Below, piece by piece: positions 26,601 through 37,624 of a DNA stretch of 64,000 nt. The DNA is from Guillardia theta CCMP2712. Its lineage: Eukaryota; Protista; Cryptophyta. Numbering within the stretch: the first letter of the stretch is position 1; every line of letters starts with the position of its first letter. The notes under the pieces are model-generated. The model made no database searches. It worked only from the letters and a program-made list of their open reading frames with translations, and had not been told where the DNA came from. Where the stretch lies: contig NW_005434587.1 in the NCBI RefSeq assembly GCF_000315625.1, positions 1-64,000 of the forward strand, read 5' to 3'. The translations under genes and the position numbers were made by a program.

Positions 26601-27140
26601 GCTTCAGATCGAGCCGTCCTTAGTGAGATCGGGTCGTTCCTTCAATCCCGACCTATCGCAGACGATGCCGACGAGGTGGAGGAGGTTGAGGGGGAGCAAG
26701 GGCCGAATGATATGATGGAGGAGGAGGAGGAGCAGAGGAAGAGGGAGAGGAACTGGGCAGAGTGCCGCACTTGGCTGGAGATCATGATCTTCAACCACGA
26801 GTTCTCGAAGCAGATCAGGACGCTGCACCAGGAGGACGGGAGCGACTGCCCCCAGCTGTTGATCAATTACGCGAGGATGAACGGAACGGAGATGAGAAGG
26901 CAGCTGGAGGAGGACGACCTGCCCTACGAGGAGATGGAGCAGGCGTATAAGGAGGAGATGGAGGAGGAGGAGGGGGGGGACGGGGAGGAGGAGGCTGCTG
27001 CGGTCGATCCGAGAGAGAAGTATTCCTCGCAGCTCCTGCAGCTCATCGAGATGGGGTTCGAGGACGAAGAGGCGAACCTGCTGGCGCTTATCGACACAGG
27101 AGGGAGCGTTGAGAACGCTATCACCAAACTTGTTTCATGA
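23688..27140 (+). CDS. UBL/STI1/UBA ubiquilin-like protein with an N-terminal leader, multi-exon
   Basis: Hydrophobic N-terminus, LRLRGG, UBL-like ISEIKKEI...QMELIWRGREL...TLQQHGL, STI1-like KSNPQLQAMWNSNPQ, C-terminal UBA PREKYSSQLLQLIEMGFEDEEANLLALIDTGGSVENAI. Confidence 0.8.
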
Positions 27141-27165
27141 AGTCTCCTGCTCCTGCTCCTGCTCC

Positions 27166-30120
27166 TTATCTTCCAAACCACGTGTTCTTCTTCCCGCTAC
27201 TGCCGTCCTTGCCCGCCTCCAGCTTGCCCTGCTGATCCTGCTTCGCCTCCGGCTGCTCGAGCTCCTGCTTCATGGGCGGCAGCCCAAGGATGGCTCGCAC
27301 CTCGTTGCCAGTGAGCGTCTCCTTCTCAATCAGCTCCTGCGCCAGCAGATGAAGCTTGTCCTCGTGCTGGGTCAGGATCTTCTTGGCGTTGCTGTACGCC
27401 TGTGCTCACGATGGAGTAAGAGACAGGAGGAGAGGAGAAGAGAAGCGGGAGAGCGAGGAAAGGGAAAGACGAGGAAAGGGGAAGATGAGGAGGCAAGCGG
27501 AAGGGCAGAGAAAGGAAGGGAACGGCAAGAGAAGAGGAGGGAACGAGCTAGTAGGGGGACTATAACTGCATGGACTAGACTTCATCCCGACCTGAGACGT
27601 CAGCCGTTTGATCTCCCCGTCGATCGCTGCCCGCACCTCCTGCCCCATGATCGGCTCGCCGTCCCCTCCCGTCAGGTTCTTGTAGCATACGGTGCCAACT
27701 TTGTCGCTCATCCCCCACCGCTCAACCTGCCACTTGGCGTCAAGGAGAAGAAAATTTCTCCAGCTACCCTTCCTCCTTCTCTGCTTGCCGCTCCTCTTCC
27801 CCTTGCTCCTTTTTCTGCTCCTCCCTTCGTGCTCTTTTCACTTCCCCCTCACCACTCCCTGCTCCTCTCTTCCTGCTCTTCCGCTGCTGCTGCTCCCGCT
27901 TCCCCTCCCTTCCTGCTCCTCACCATGTTCGTTGCGATGGACGTCGCTTGCTCGAAGTCGGAGGAGGCTCCGCTCGTCACATTGTCAGTCCCGTAGATCA
28001 GCTCCTCTGCCACTCGTCCGCCCATGCACACGTCCATCTTTGCCAGCATCTGCCTCCTGCTCCAGCTCGTCTCGTCCCCGTCGGGCAGCTGCATCACCAT
28101 GCCCAGCGCAGAGCCACGAGGAACGACCGTCGCCTTGTGGACAGGAAGTGCCCCGTCCGTGAAGGAGGCGACGATGGCGTGGCCGGACTCGTGATAGGCT
28201 GTCAACTTCCTACTTTCTTCCGTGATCACCTGAATCAAAACTCAGAACCACGTCAAATCTCACCCCATCCCTCCCTGCCTCCTGGCCTCTCCCTCCTCCA
28301 CCTCTTCCTCGCTTCCCGCTCTCTTCTCTCACCGCGCTCTTCCTCTCCACCCCCATCATGATCCTATCTTTGGCGAACTCGAGGTCGCGCATGTCCACTG
28401 CCTTCTTGTTGTCGTTGCTCGCCTTGATCGCTGCGATGTTGACCAGGTTCGCGAGGTCCGCGCCTGAGAACCCTGGAGTCCCTCGAGCAAGGATCGACAC
28501 GTCAACGTCTGCGTGCTTGGGAACTTTGTCGAGGTGCAGCGACAGGATCTGCTTCCTGCCCTTCACGTCAGGGTTGGGCACCACAATGTGCCGATCGAGT
28601 CGTCCTGGACGGGTCAGAGCCTTGTCCAGCACCTCGGGGAAGTTGGTAGCTGCGATCACGACGACCCCCTGGGAAGAGGAGAAACCGTCCATCTCAGCCA
28701 GCAGCTGGTTCAGCGTCATGCGCATGTACTGCTGGTCCTTGGGGTTTCGGGTGGCTCCGATGGCGTCGATCTCGTCCAGGAAGATGATGCAGGGGGCCTT
28801 CCTCTTGGCCGCCTCGAACAGGTCCCGCACTCTTCTCGCTCCTACTCCCACGTACATCTCCTCGAACTCCGACCCCGAAGCGTAGAAGAAGGGAACACCA
28901 GCCTCCCCTGCGATTGCCTTCGCAAGCAGAGTCTTTCCCGTCCCAGGAGGCCCCATGAGGAGGACGCCCTTCGTCATCTTCCCTCCCAGCCGTGTGAACT
29001 TCTCCGGCTTCCTCAGGAACTCGACGATCTCCTGCAGCTCTGCCTTCGCCTCGTCCACTCCCACAACGTCCTTGAAGGTTTTGGTACTTTCTGCAGGCTT
29101 CACTGCCTCATAGTTCGACATCATCCCGCGGGCGAGTCCCCTCTCCTCCATGATGGTGGTCAGGCCCAGGAGAAACAAGTAGGCTCCTGCAAGGATTCGG
29201 ATGGTTCGCCACACTTGATCCTTGGCCGAAGGCTCTGCCATGGCCACATGCACAGTTTGCCTTCCAGACTGGGAGCCCATTCCTCTGCGGGCTGATCCAT
29301 CCATCATCGAGGGATGCATCGTAGGGTCCTGGTTGTCATACGACCGTGAGTGAAATCGTCTATCTTCGTCGTCGTTTGTCCTCGTGCTGCCGTCAGCGTC
29401 GCTTCTTGAACTCTGGTACATCTTCTTCTTCTCCATCTCAGCTCGCTTCAGCTTCAAGGCCTTCACGTACTCCTGCAGGATCTCTTCTGTGATCACGCTC
29501 GACTTCATTCCTTCAATCCAGCTGATGACTCGCTCGGGCATACTCTCTTGGTTAAGTTGCTGAAGGAAGACGAGTTGCCTGCAGCAAGTCACGTGAGGAC
29601 GCACCATTGGCAACGGAGGGGCGGCGAAGTCACCTTTTTGAATCAAACGTGTACTCTTTTGCATCTTTCTCCAAACCTTTCAAGCTCATATATTTCATTT
29701 GCAGAGTGCTTGCTCTGATCGACATTGAGTGAATCGCCCAAACACCACAGTGGGGTCTCACCTGCCGGACATGCCGCGCACCAAAATTTCGCTCAGGTGA
29801 GAGTGAAGACAAGAGTTAGGCTGCCCATCACAATGAGTGCTGTTCGAGTAACATATACAAGCAGATGCAACCTTCGTGTATCTTGAGAGATGCAAAGCGC
29901 TTTGTTCGCTCAAAATTCCTCTGGTGAACCTGCTGCTGCAATACCTGGCACCATTCCTTCCATAGAGTCTTTGATCCGAGGCTAGAGGCCGAACTCCTCT
30001 GCAAGCCTCAGATCCCATGAACTTCGCTCCTCCAACCATCATACACATCCTCTTCTCCCCTACCGCCATGCCCCTCATCTTCGCCCGCATGCTCGCTATG
30101 TCCCCGACAAGGCGCTGCAT
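27166..30120 (-). CDS. ftsH: ATP-dependent zinc metalloprotease FtsH, YME1/FtsH4-like (probably mitochondrial)
   Basis: Single TM, Walker A GPPGTGKT, Walker [21 protein letters not shown], zinc motif [16 protein letters not shown]-rich N-terminus. Confidence 0.95.
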
Positions 30121-30467
30121 GCCCCCCTCCTCCACTACCCCTACCCCGCTCGTCTCCTTTTATATGCTACCACCAGTCCTCCACTACCCCACCCACACTT
30201 AGACTGAACATTTTCAGCTCAAACAGACCCGTAGTATCCACTCGGCGAAGCCGGGCCCGCCGCGGTCAACTATCAAGGTAGCGGTTACGTTCGTTTTTCC
30301 GTTACAGATCACCTACAAGAACAAAGACACGCTGAAATTTTTACATGGAGGCTGCGACCCACGAGGGCGGCGGGAAGTGTGCGAGGATGCGGAGAGGAGG
30401 GGGAGGAGAGAGGGAAGTGACAAGGGATTTCAGAGGAACGAGACGAGGATTCTGTCCACGTACGAAC

Positions 30468-31027
30468 ATGATTATGCAGTTGATGGCAGTGCTCCTCTTT
30501 GTGATATGTGGGACATCCGCCGAAATCCTCCCCACCTCTCCTGCCTTGCATGAGCAAGTGCGTCAAGGATCATACACAGGCACCATCAGGTTACGGGGAG
30601 GTGGGGGAGAGCGAAAATTCGAGGTTGAGCACAGACTGTTTGTTGCAAATTTGCCAAAAACCCTGAATGATGAAGGGTTAAAGAAAGCTTTCGAGCCTTT
30701 CGGTAAAGTGCTCGAGGCGAAGGTACATTCTTATCAAGATCAATCCAAATGTATTCTAAGAATTTTGAAGGTGATGCTTGATATCGAAACCGGGATGTCG
30801 AGACGAATGGGATACGTCAAGTATGCTGATGGTCGTTCGGTCCTCGAAGCGATTGAAGAAATGCACGATGCGGTGATTTCGCGTGGCTGCTTGTGACTTG
30901 GTTACAGTTGCTGTGCTTACTGATCTTTGTTATCTAGGAATTCTGCGCCCCTGCGACCAAGGGCTCCCCTGAGATCTGTACCAAATTACTGGTGACTGAA
31001 GCGAAGCCTCCAAAGCAAACTTGGTGA
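30468..31027 (+). CDS. Single-RRM RNA-binding protein with a signal peptide
   Basis: Signal MIMQLMAVLLFVICGTSA, IRLRGG, RNP2 LFVANL, RNP1-like RMGYVKY. Two short introns. Confidence 0.85.
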
Positions 31028-31115
31028 CAAACAGAAAGGAATGCTCTTTCAACAACATAGTAATCAACACGATTTCTTTAAAAGAATAAAGTCCTATCAG
31101 TCTCTTTAAGACCTT

Positions 31116-31845
31116 TTAAAATCTAACAAATCCCCCCCTCCTTGGGGCAAGGCAGACTGCTGACACGAACACCAGATGGGCCCCGGCGGTAAGACACAGC
31201 ATAGGTGTCATCGGTCTGCAAGAAGATGTTATCGCTCTTACATTATACTGGCGAATATGAATTACCTGCATGTACCCTCCATGTCCACCAGGAGCATACT
31301 TGTTTGCGACTCTTGCCAATGGTATGCTCCCCGAGGAGGGATCAAACAACTGCCAAACATCAAGAACGATCAATTCATCGCAAGATGACTCAAACGACGA
31401 ATGATGGGGTGAATTCACACATGCACAACAGGATACCAAGGGCCACACTTTGCTGCAACATCAACTTCAATCAGCATCACTTACATCGCCTCCAGTCCCA
31501 GCGCCCCAATATTGTGAGTTACCACCACTGCCATTCTTCCAACCTGCGGACATAACAATCAAGACGATGTTTTTCATATAATTCTTGGTCAAAATCTTGA
31601 TTGCGTGAGACTTGTTGTCGGTGAGTCGACGCATCACAGGCAACTCAGTTGTTGAGCGAATATTCTCTTCCCATTCATGATGCACAGAAACCCACAACCC
31701 GCAAAGATGCAATCATCGCATGAGAGCTCTCTAAGAAACAGTGGAAGAATTCGATAGATGCTAGATGCCATGTTCGCTCACCGTCAGGCAGCAGATTGCG
31801 CGTCCATGAGCCGCTTGATGGCGTGTACGACAACAGCTCGAACAT
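31116..31845 (-). CDS. Hypothetical multi-exon protein
   Basis: Chain of minus-strand ORFs with plausible splice sites. No domain recognised. Confidence 0.35.
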
Positions 31846-31914
31846 GGTGATAAATCCGGCAACCTCACCCCCACCCACCCACATCCATGAAAATAACCCT
31901 ACCCTTCCGTCGGC

Positions 31915-32175
31915 TCTGCCGGGCCGCCGGGCCGGGCGCGGCCGGTGGGCCGCCGCAGCCGGGCTCCGTTGCCGGCCCGGGGCCCGCGTGACTCATCCGC
32001 CATGATTCAGTTGGCTGGCCGCTGCGGAGCCACTGACAGTGAACGGCGGGCCTCTCTGTTGACTCGCCGCCGCTCCCGCACTCTGCGGCGGCGCGAGCGG
32101 CCTCAGGGCTTCCCCGCGGCGAGGTTCGCACCGGCGCCGGGCGGCATACGTTACACAGCCTCAGCGCCGCAGCAC
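31915..32175. repeat. GC-rich palindromic dispersed repeat
   Basis: ccgggccgccgggccggg, ggcccggggcccg and gtgactc motifs. Confidence 0.6.
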
Positions 32176-32269
32176 TGGGGATAGGGCATTGAGCAGTGTC
32201 ACGGTGATGTTTCTTGCGGCAAGTCAATCATGACAGTTTTGGGTTGTGGAAAAAAAATAGAAGGCAAGA

Positions 32270-34392
32270 TCAAAATCCAAGCTCAGTCCATCGTGCAACG
32301 TTTTTGTCCAGCTGCTCCAAGCACTTCTGACATCGGTCCTTGATCTCTGGAATTGCGTTGACGCAGAGGTGGAACCTAAAAGACAAGCATAAGCTCACTC
32401 AGACATTTCTTGCATCAACTATCGTACAAGGGTCGAACAAATCCGATAAAAAAATTCTTCTGCGCTGTTCGTCCACAGCTCGCATTTCGATCCAGCATTG
32501 GGATGACTTCCAAGCCCATCTCTCTCTCAAGATCGCCCTGTTAAGACGCAGAAGCAAAGTGAAATTCAAAGGATTATCCCACATTCCTACCTGAGAGAAG
32601 AATTCTGCAAGAATCGCGTGAGTCCACTGCACATGGATATTCCATGGCTTGCAGGGGTTTGAGAGGTCTGCCGCGTGAAGCAGAGTCTGCAGGGTGAACT
32701 TCCTGTCTTCAGGGTCGCTCAGGTCCATGTTCTTTGTATGGGCCTGCGCCTTTGAAACATTCAATTGCAAGGTTGGCAAGATCAGACAAGAAATGAAAAC
32801 CTCCTCGAGGCGCTTGATGATCTTGTTGTGCAGAGACAGGTCTGTGTGCAATACCTGAAAGGACAAGTTAAGGATAAACATCAACTTGAGTATCGACATA
32901 CCAGCTCCTTCAAATAGTGCCGTAAATAATCCTTTCGCTCGGCACTAAGAAATGACAGCACGTCCTTGTCCGGTTCCGCCATAAGGTCTAGAGCTAACGT
33001 CGCATGATGGGTTTCCAGAACAGAAGTATTATTGTACTTGATGGCAATCTGTCAAAGAGAAGGGTAAGAGAAAAACTTTGTGAGAGCAAAGCTTCCTTAC
33101 AGGATGCTGCTGCTTGATCAGAAAAGCGTTATTCACTCCAGGATGTCCAATGTCATGAGCTGGACCAGCCAAAAGAGTAATCTGCAAAAACTAAGAACTG
33201 AAACGAACTACAGCAGCGATGGCTTACAAAGAGCTCATCTGGAGCAATGCTTTCTTCGATTTCTCCACGGACAAGGTAACTTAGGGCTTGCATGACGTCG
33301 GCAGCATGCATGGGATTGTGGTACATGCAAGTGTTGTACATGTCTTCGAAGGCAACTAAATATCTGAGACCGACTCAGAAGCAGGAGAAGAAATTGTCTT
33401 TACCTTTTCAAGACTGTCTCGTCAATCTTCAATTTCGTCATCAGGCCATGCATGTGTATCAAAGCAAAAGCAAGCACAGCAAGCGGCCGCCCCTTCGTCA
33501 ACTGCTCACCATGTCAGCGCGGTCAGATCAAGACACACCCGGTGATTAGCTGACCTCATTCAAGCGGAAGAGATCAAAATCCCAGGAGGAAATTGATTCG
33601 GGCGACAAGAGCTTCTCCAGCTCATCAGACATTTCCGGCCAAGAGAACTGTTTCCTGTGTTCATCGTCCTTGAACTCAGCACCGAGCCTTGCGATGTGGT
33701 GCTGCAGCATATCAGGTGGTGTTGCATGACCCAGCAGCAAAAGCTCGACTCCGTCGAAAACTGGTCGCTTGCCTGCACCATTCTCTGGGAAAGGAGGAGT
33801 TGTGGTCGCAGTCATCTCCTGCACGAAAGGACCCTCAATTACATCATCACGAACAGAAAGAATTGACTTGCACTGTTGAGCTGCAGAGAATTGCAGGCCA
33901 ACGAAATACAGTGCAAAAAGGAAACGAACGAAAGTTTGTTGCGAAAGGGTCAATGATTTGTAATCCATCTCATCAGGCACATGGAAATCGCAAAATTCCT
34001 GACATCACAGTCACAAGTATCATGTTGTAAAATACAAGGGGAAAGGCTCTGGGGAGATTGAAAAGGTTATAAAAAACACATCCAAGCTGGAGATGAAGAT
34101 TCTATATTGCATGATGGTGACAATGCAGTGCAAGGCAACAGGCCAAATTAGCAGGAAAAACATGATTCTTATCCCAGGCATCAGCCCCGCAGTGACTGAC
34201 GAGCATTCACAGGACAAAATAAACATAGAGCAGACATTGAGCAACGATGATCAGTGAAAACTATCATCTTCTATCGGATCGAAATACATGATTCATCGCT
34301 TCCTCCTTCGTTCCCACCGCTACCTCCTCCTCCCCTTCACCGACGCTCCTTTGTGCATGAGGAGAAGCCAGCAATTGCTCGGAACCGGTCAT
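32270..34392 (-). CDS. Class I 3',5'-cyclic nucleotide phosphodiesterase with hydrophobic N-terminal segments, multi-exon
   Basis: WDFDLF, YHNPMHAADV, HDIGHPGVNNAFL, SVLETHH, HTDL, LHAADLSNPCKPW, EFFSQ/GDLE. Start approximate. Confidence 0.9.
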
Positions 34393-35075
34393 GCTTCCAC
34401 AGATTGCTTAAATTGATAGGGTGGGTACAATTTTCTACCGGTACTTTCCTGATATAATTTGATTTCTAGGTACCAGGTACTTGAAGCATTAAGGGGGTGG
34501 AGTACCCCATGGGAGGGGAATTGAGAATTGAGAGTCCGTGACCTGGTCCGTGCTTGCTGAGCACTTTTTGGTATTTTATATTGTACGGCGTTGAGGACGT
34601 TCATAGCAGATTTTAGGATATGGGTCATCCTGCAGTACTTCTTCCATGTAAAAACTAATATTCTTTTGTAAAATGCAGTACCACAAGTTCAAAATGTGTT
34701 TTATACGGGGCCATCCAGATGCAGGGGTAGCAGTAAAACCCCAGGTGAGGGGTGGGGTTGTTTGACGGTCACCAGTAGGGGTGCGGGTTGCCTTATCCTT
34801 TAATCGACAAAAGGACTCCCGAAGGAGTCCTGGACCAGCATGACAGGGGTCATTGATAGGTTTCAATCACCCATCCAATGGGGCTGTATGAGGGTCTTAA
34901 AAAAGAAAAAAAAAAAAACTTCCCGCCTCCGACGGAAAGTTTGTGGCACTGCTCGTTTCATCTTCCCGCCATTACAGAGTTTGCGGTCCGACAATACACT
35001 GAAACGATGGTAATGAAAAAAATGTAGCGACTACCTGCTATCTAACATGGTTTCGCCAGACTAACATACTATAAC

Positions 35076-37137
35076 ATGCCGAGGAAGAGAAAACGAATTA
35101 CAGATGATTCAGACAACGGTCAAGAAATAAGTTATTCAAAACCATTCACGAGAGTCGTCAAATGTGGGTTATACTCGAGACTCAAGGTAGAGAACAGATC
35201 GATTTTAGACGTGATCGACAGATGGGTATTACATATCAGTCAGATCACATCAAGAGGCAGTATGATATTCAACTGTTTTCTGATATGGGGCAGGGATACA
35301 GGGAATTTACGATATGTAGTAGATGAAATCAAGAGAGCCAAATCGACCTTTTTCTGGAATGTTTTTACACTTGGAATGGAACAACATAGCCGTACAGATA
35401 ACAAGTATCCAACTCTACAACGTTTCTGGTCAGAGAAAAGACATCTTTTCGTTGATTTATGTAGAATTCGAGGAGACTCGCAAGCTATTGTATTCGCTGC
35501 AAATCAATATGGAACGAATTTCTACCAAGACCTGAAAGCAAATTTTACAAACCGATTGGAAAAGTTCATTGCCGAATTCTGCAAAGGAGAGTTACATATT
35601 AACCATCAGCAAGAAATCGAAGACGTGAAGAATGTATTGTTTCAAAGGAAAGATTACGAGTTGACGACAGAAGTGTTTAACAGGAATAATTCACAGCAGA
35701 TAGGAACCTTCATCGACCATATGAAACAACTAATTGGATTATCGGGGGACGAAGATCTTTTTAGTTTCAAATATGACAAATTTGATCATAGGTTGCAGAA
35801 AAATCTGTTTGAGATAATCGAGACACACATGTTCATGTTGAAGTTCTTCGAAGATCGTGGTCTCTCGAAAAAAACATTCAAGGCAGCACCAATGTCGAAA
35901 TTCGGCAGAAAACATCTAACAATCGATAATGATGTGATGTATTACATTTTGAAAGAAGCGAACAGTTTGAAACCGGGAGAAGATAAAAAATCGTTCATGA
36001 GAATAGATCAAACTTTGGAGAACTCTAAGAATTTCAGAAGGATTTTCGACTGTTCGAATCTGTTCAGAGATCAGAGAGAGGAGATTACAAGTATCACGAC
36101 AGACGGTGTATCGGTTTGTTTTCGCTTCACGTTAACTGTCAAAACAATCGATGGACTCGAACAGGAACCTTCATTGCGCACTACCAAATGGCTTGCCGAT
36201 AGAAAAAGGGCTGAACGGAAATCGGCGAAGAAGATATCAATATCATACAAAGTATTACATGAAAATTCAGAATACCAAAGAGAGATCGAAGAATGTAAAA
36301 ATTGCCCAAGGGTAATTGCGATCGACCCTGGGAGGAGCGTCATTATATCGGCCGTCGAACAATTCAGAGATGATCAACAAATAATCAGAAAAAGATTTCA
36401 GTTTTCGAGAAAACAATATTATCACGAGTCACATCTGAATCGCAATAAAAAGAAAAGAAAGACGTGGGATCAAGATATTCAATCGACATTGCACTATCTC
36501 AAGGGGTTCTCGAGTAAGTCTGGCGGCAGTCTATCAAGATTCGAAGACTATCTTCTTGCAGTTACAAGTCATTGGGAGGAGTTAACTTCGCATTATTCAA
36601 AGCGAAAATACGCCAGGATGAAATTCGACATCTACATTTCGAAACGAAAGTCAGTCGACAGGTTTATCCGTACAATGAAAGGAAAGGGAGAAATAGAACC
36701 TGTTATCGCATATGGAAATGCAAGGTTCCCGTCTACAGGACGTCGAGGAGAAAGGCCTGTACCGGTCAGGTGGATAAGAAGAAGATTCGAGAATCACTAC
36801 AGAGTCGTAGATGTTGACGAATACCGTACTACCAAGTGCTGTAACGATTGTGGTTCTGAGCTCGATGTGCTTCGACGGATTGAAAATACAGGGAAAGAAC
36901 CAGACGAGACCTGTAGGTTGAAAACAAGGAAAAGTGAAGTACGAGGATTGAAATTTTGCAGATCATCGAGGTAATGTCAAGTTTTGTATACTCCTGTAAT
37001 TCACCTTTTCATCTAACTGTTATCGTGACAGCTGTAAAGGAAAGCCGATCAAATCCAGGGACTTGAATGCTGCACTGAATATACTCACTTGTTTCAATGT
37101 GTTTCCTGAAAGACCGAATCACCTACGTCGCCCCTGA
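35076..37137 (+). CDS. Fanzor (Fanzor1-like) TnpB-family RNA-guided endonuclease; exons 35076-36970 and 37032-37137, 666 aa
   Basis: RuvC-I VIAIDPG (D417), TDGVSV, IAYGNA, VDEYRTT (E582, shifted catalytic Glu), zinc finger CNDC...CRSSSC, and RuvC-III SRDLNAALNI (D642) in exon 2. N-terminal PRKRKR. Confidence 0.93.
36971..37031 (+). other. 61-nt GT-AG spliceosomal intron in the Fanzor gene
   Basis: AG|GTAATG donor, CTAAC branch-like motif at ~37013-37017, GACAG| acceptor. Splicing restores the frame into CKGKPIKSRDLNAALNI. Confidence 0.88.
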
Positions 37138-37139
37138 GG

Positions 37140-37545
37140 TGAATTCAATGATTGTTGTCGCCCCCTCCCTACCCAGACTGCGTCCCTCGGGACTCGATGC
37201 CTAATTCCCTGCCTGCCTGCCTGCCTGCCCGGTGCCTGCCTCCATTATGATCCGATGTTTACGACATGTGATCATTGAAGTGACTGACTGGCATCATTTG
37301 GTAGGATTCATGTAAGGCTCCAACAACATCCGAAGACAATTTGGCAAAAAAAAAAAACTGCCGTTGTATGACGGAGAGTCGCGGCTCTCAATCATACGAC
37401 GGCAGTTCTGTGCGAAAACTTAGTTCGTCGTTCAGAAGGGTATTCACATATTCCGTCACATCATGTCACATCATGAGGGAGAGTACCCGTGGTAGATAGA
37501 TTCGTGGCGTTTATCTATTATTGTCTTCCCTAATCGCTGATTGTC
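37140..37545 (+). ncRNA. Candidate omegaRNA (scaffold plus 3' guide) of the Fanzor
   Basis: Lies immediately 3' of the ORF and has many complementary segments, including a 16-bp stem 37356-37371/37392-37407 with one G-U pair. Exact ends unknown. Confidence 0.7.
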
Positions 37546-37624
37546 CTCGTACTGATTTTTAACTTAACTTTGAGTAAAGAAAGGATCAGTATCTCCCTGC
37601 CTTGACGTATGGGTGTGTAGTCAT

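Larger units (their letters stand above)
34901..37530 (+). mobile_element. Putative non-autonomous Fanzor element (boundaries unresolved)
   Basis: AT-rich segment between a G-tract-rich intergenic region and a GC-rich repeat, holding the Fanzor ORF and a structured 3' region. No transposase ORF and no clear TIR pair seen. Confidence 0.55.

Noticed and set aside
35076-36974. Truncated Fanzor lacking RuvC-III, as shown in the ORF track
   Set aside because: A 61-nt intron restores the frame and the missing motifs.
34897-37533. TAA target-site duplication with TIRs around the Fanzor
   Set aside because: TAA occurs at both candidate ends (34898-900 and 37531-33), but the adjacent sequences are not convincing inverted repeats.
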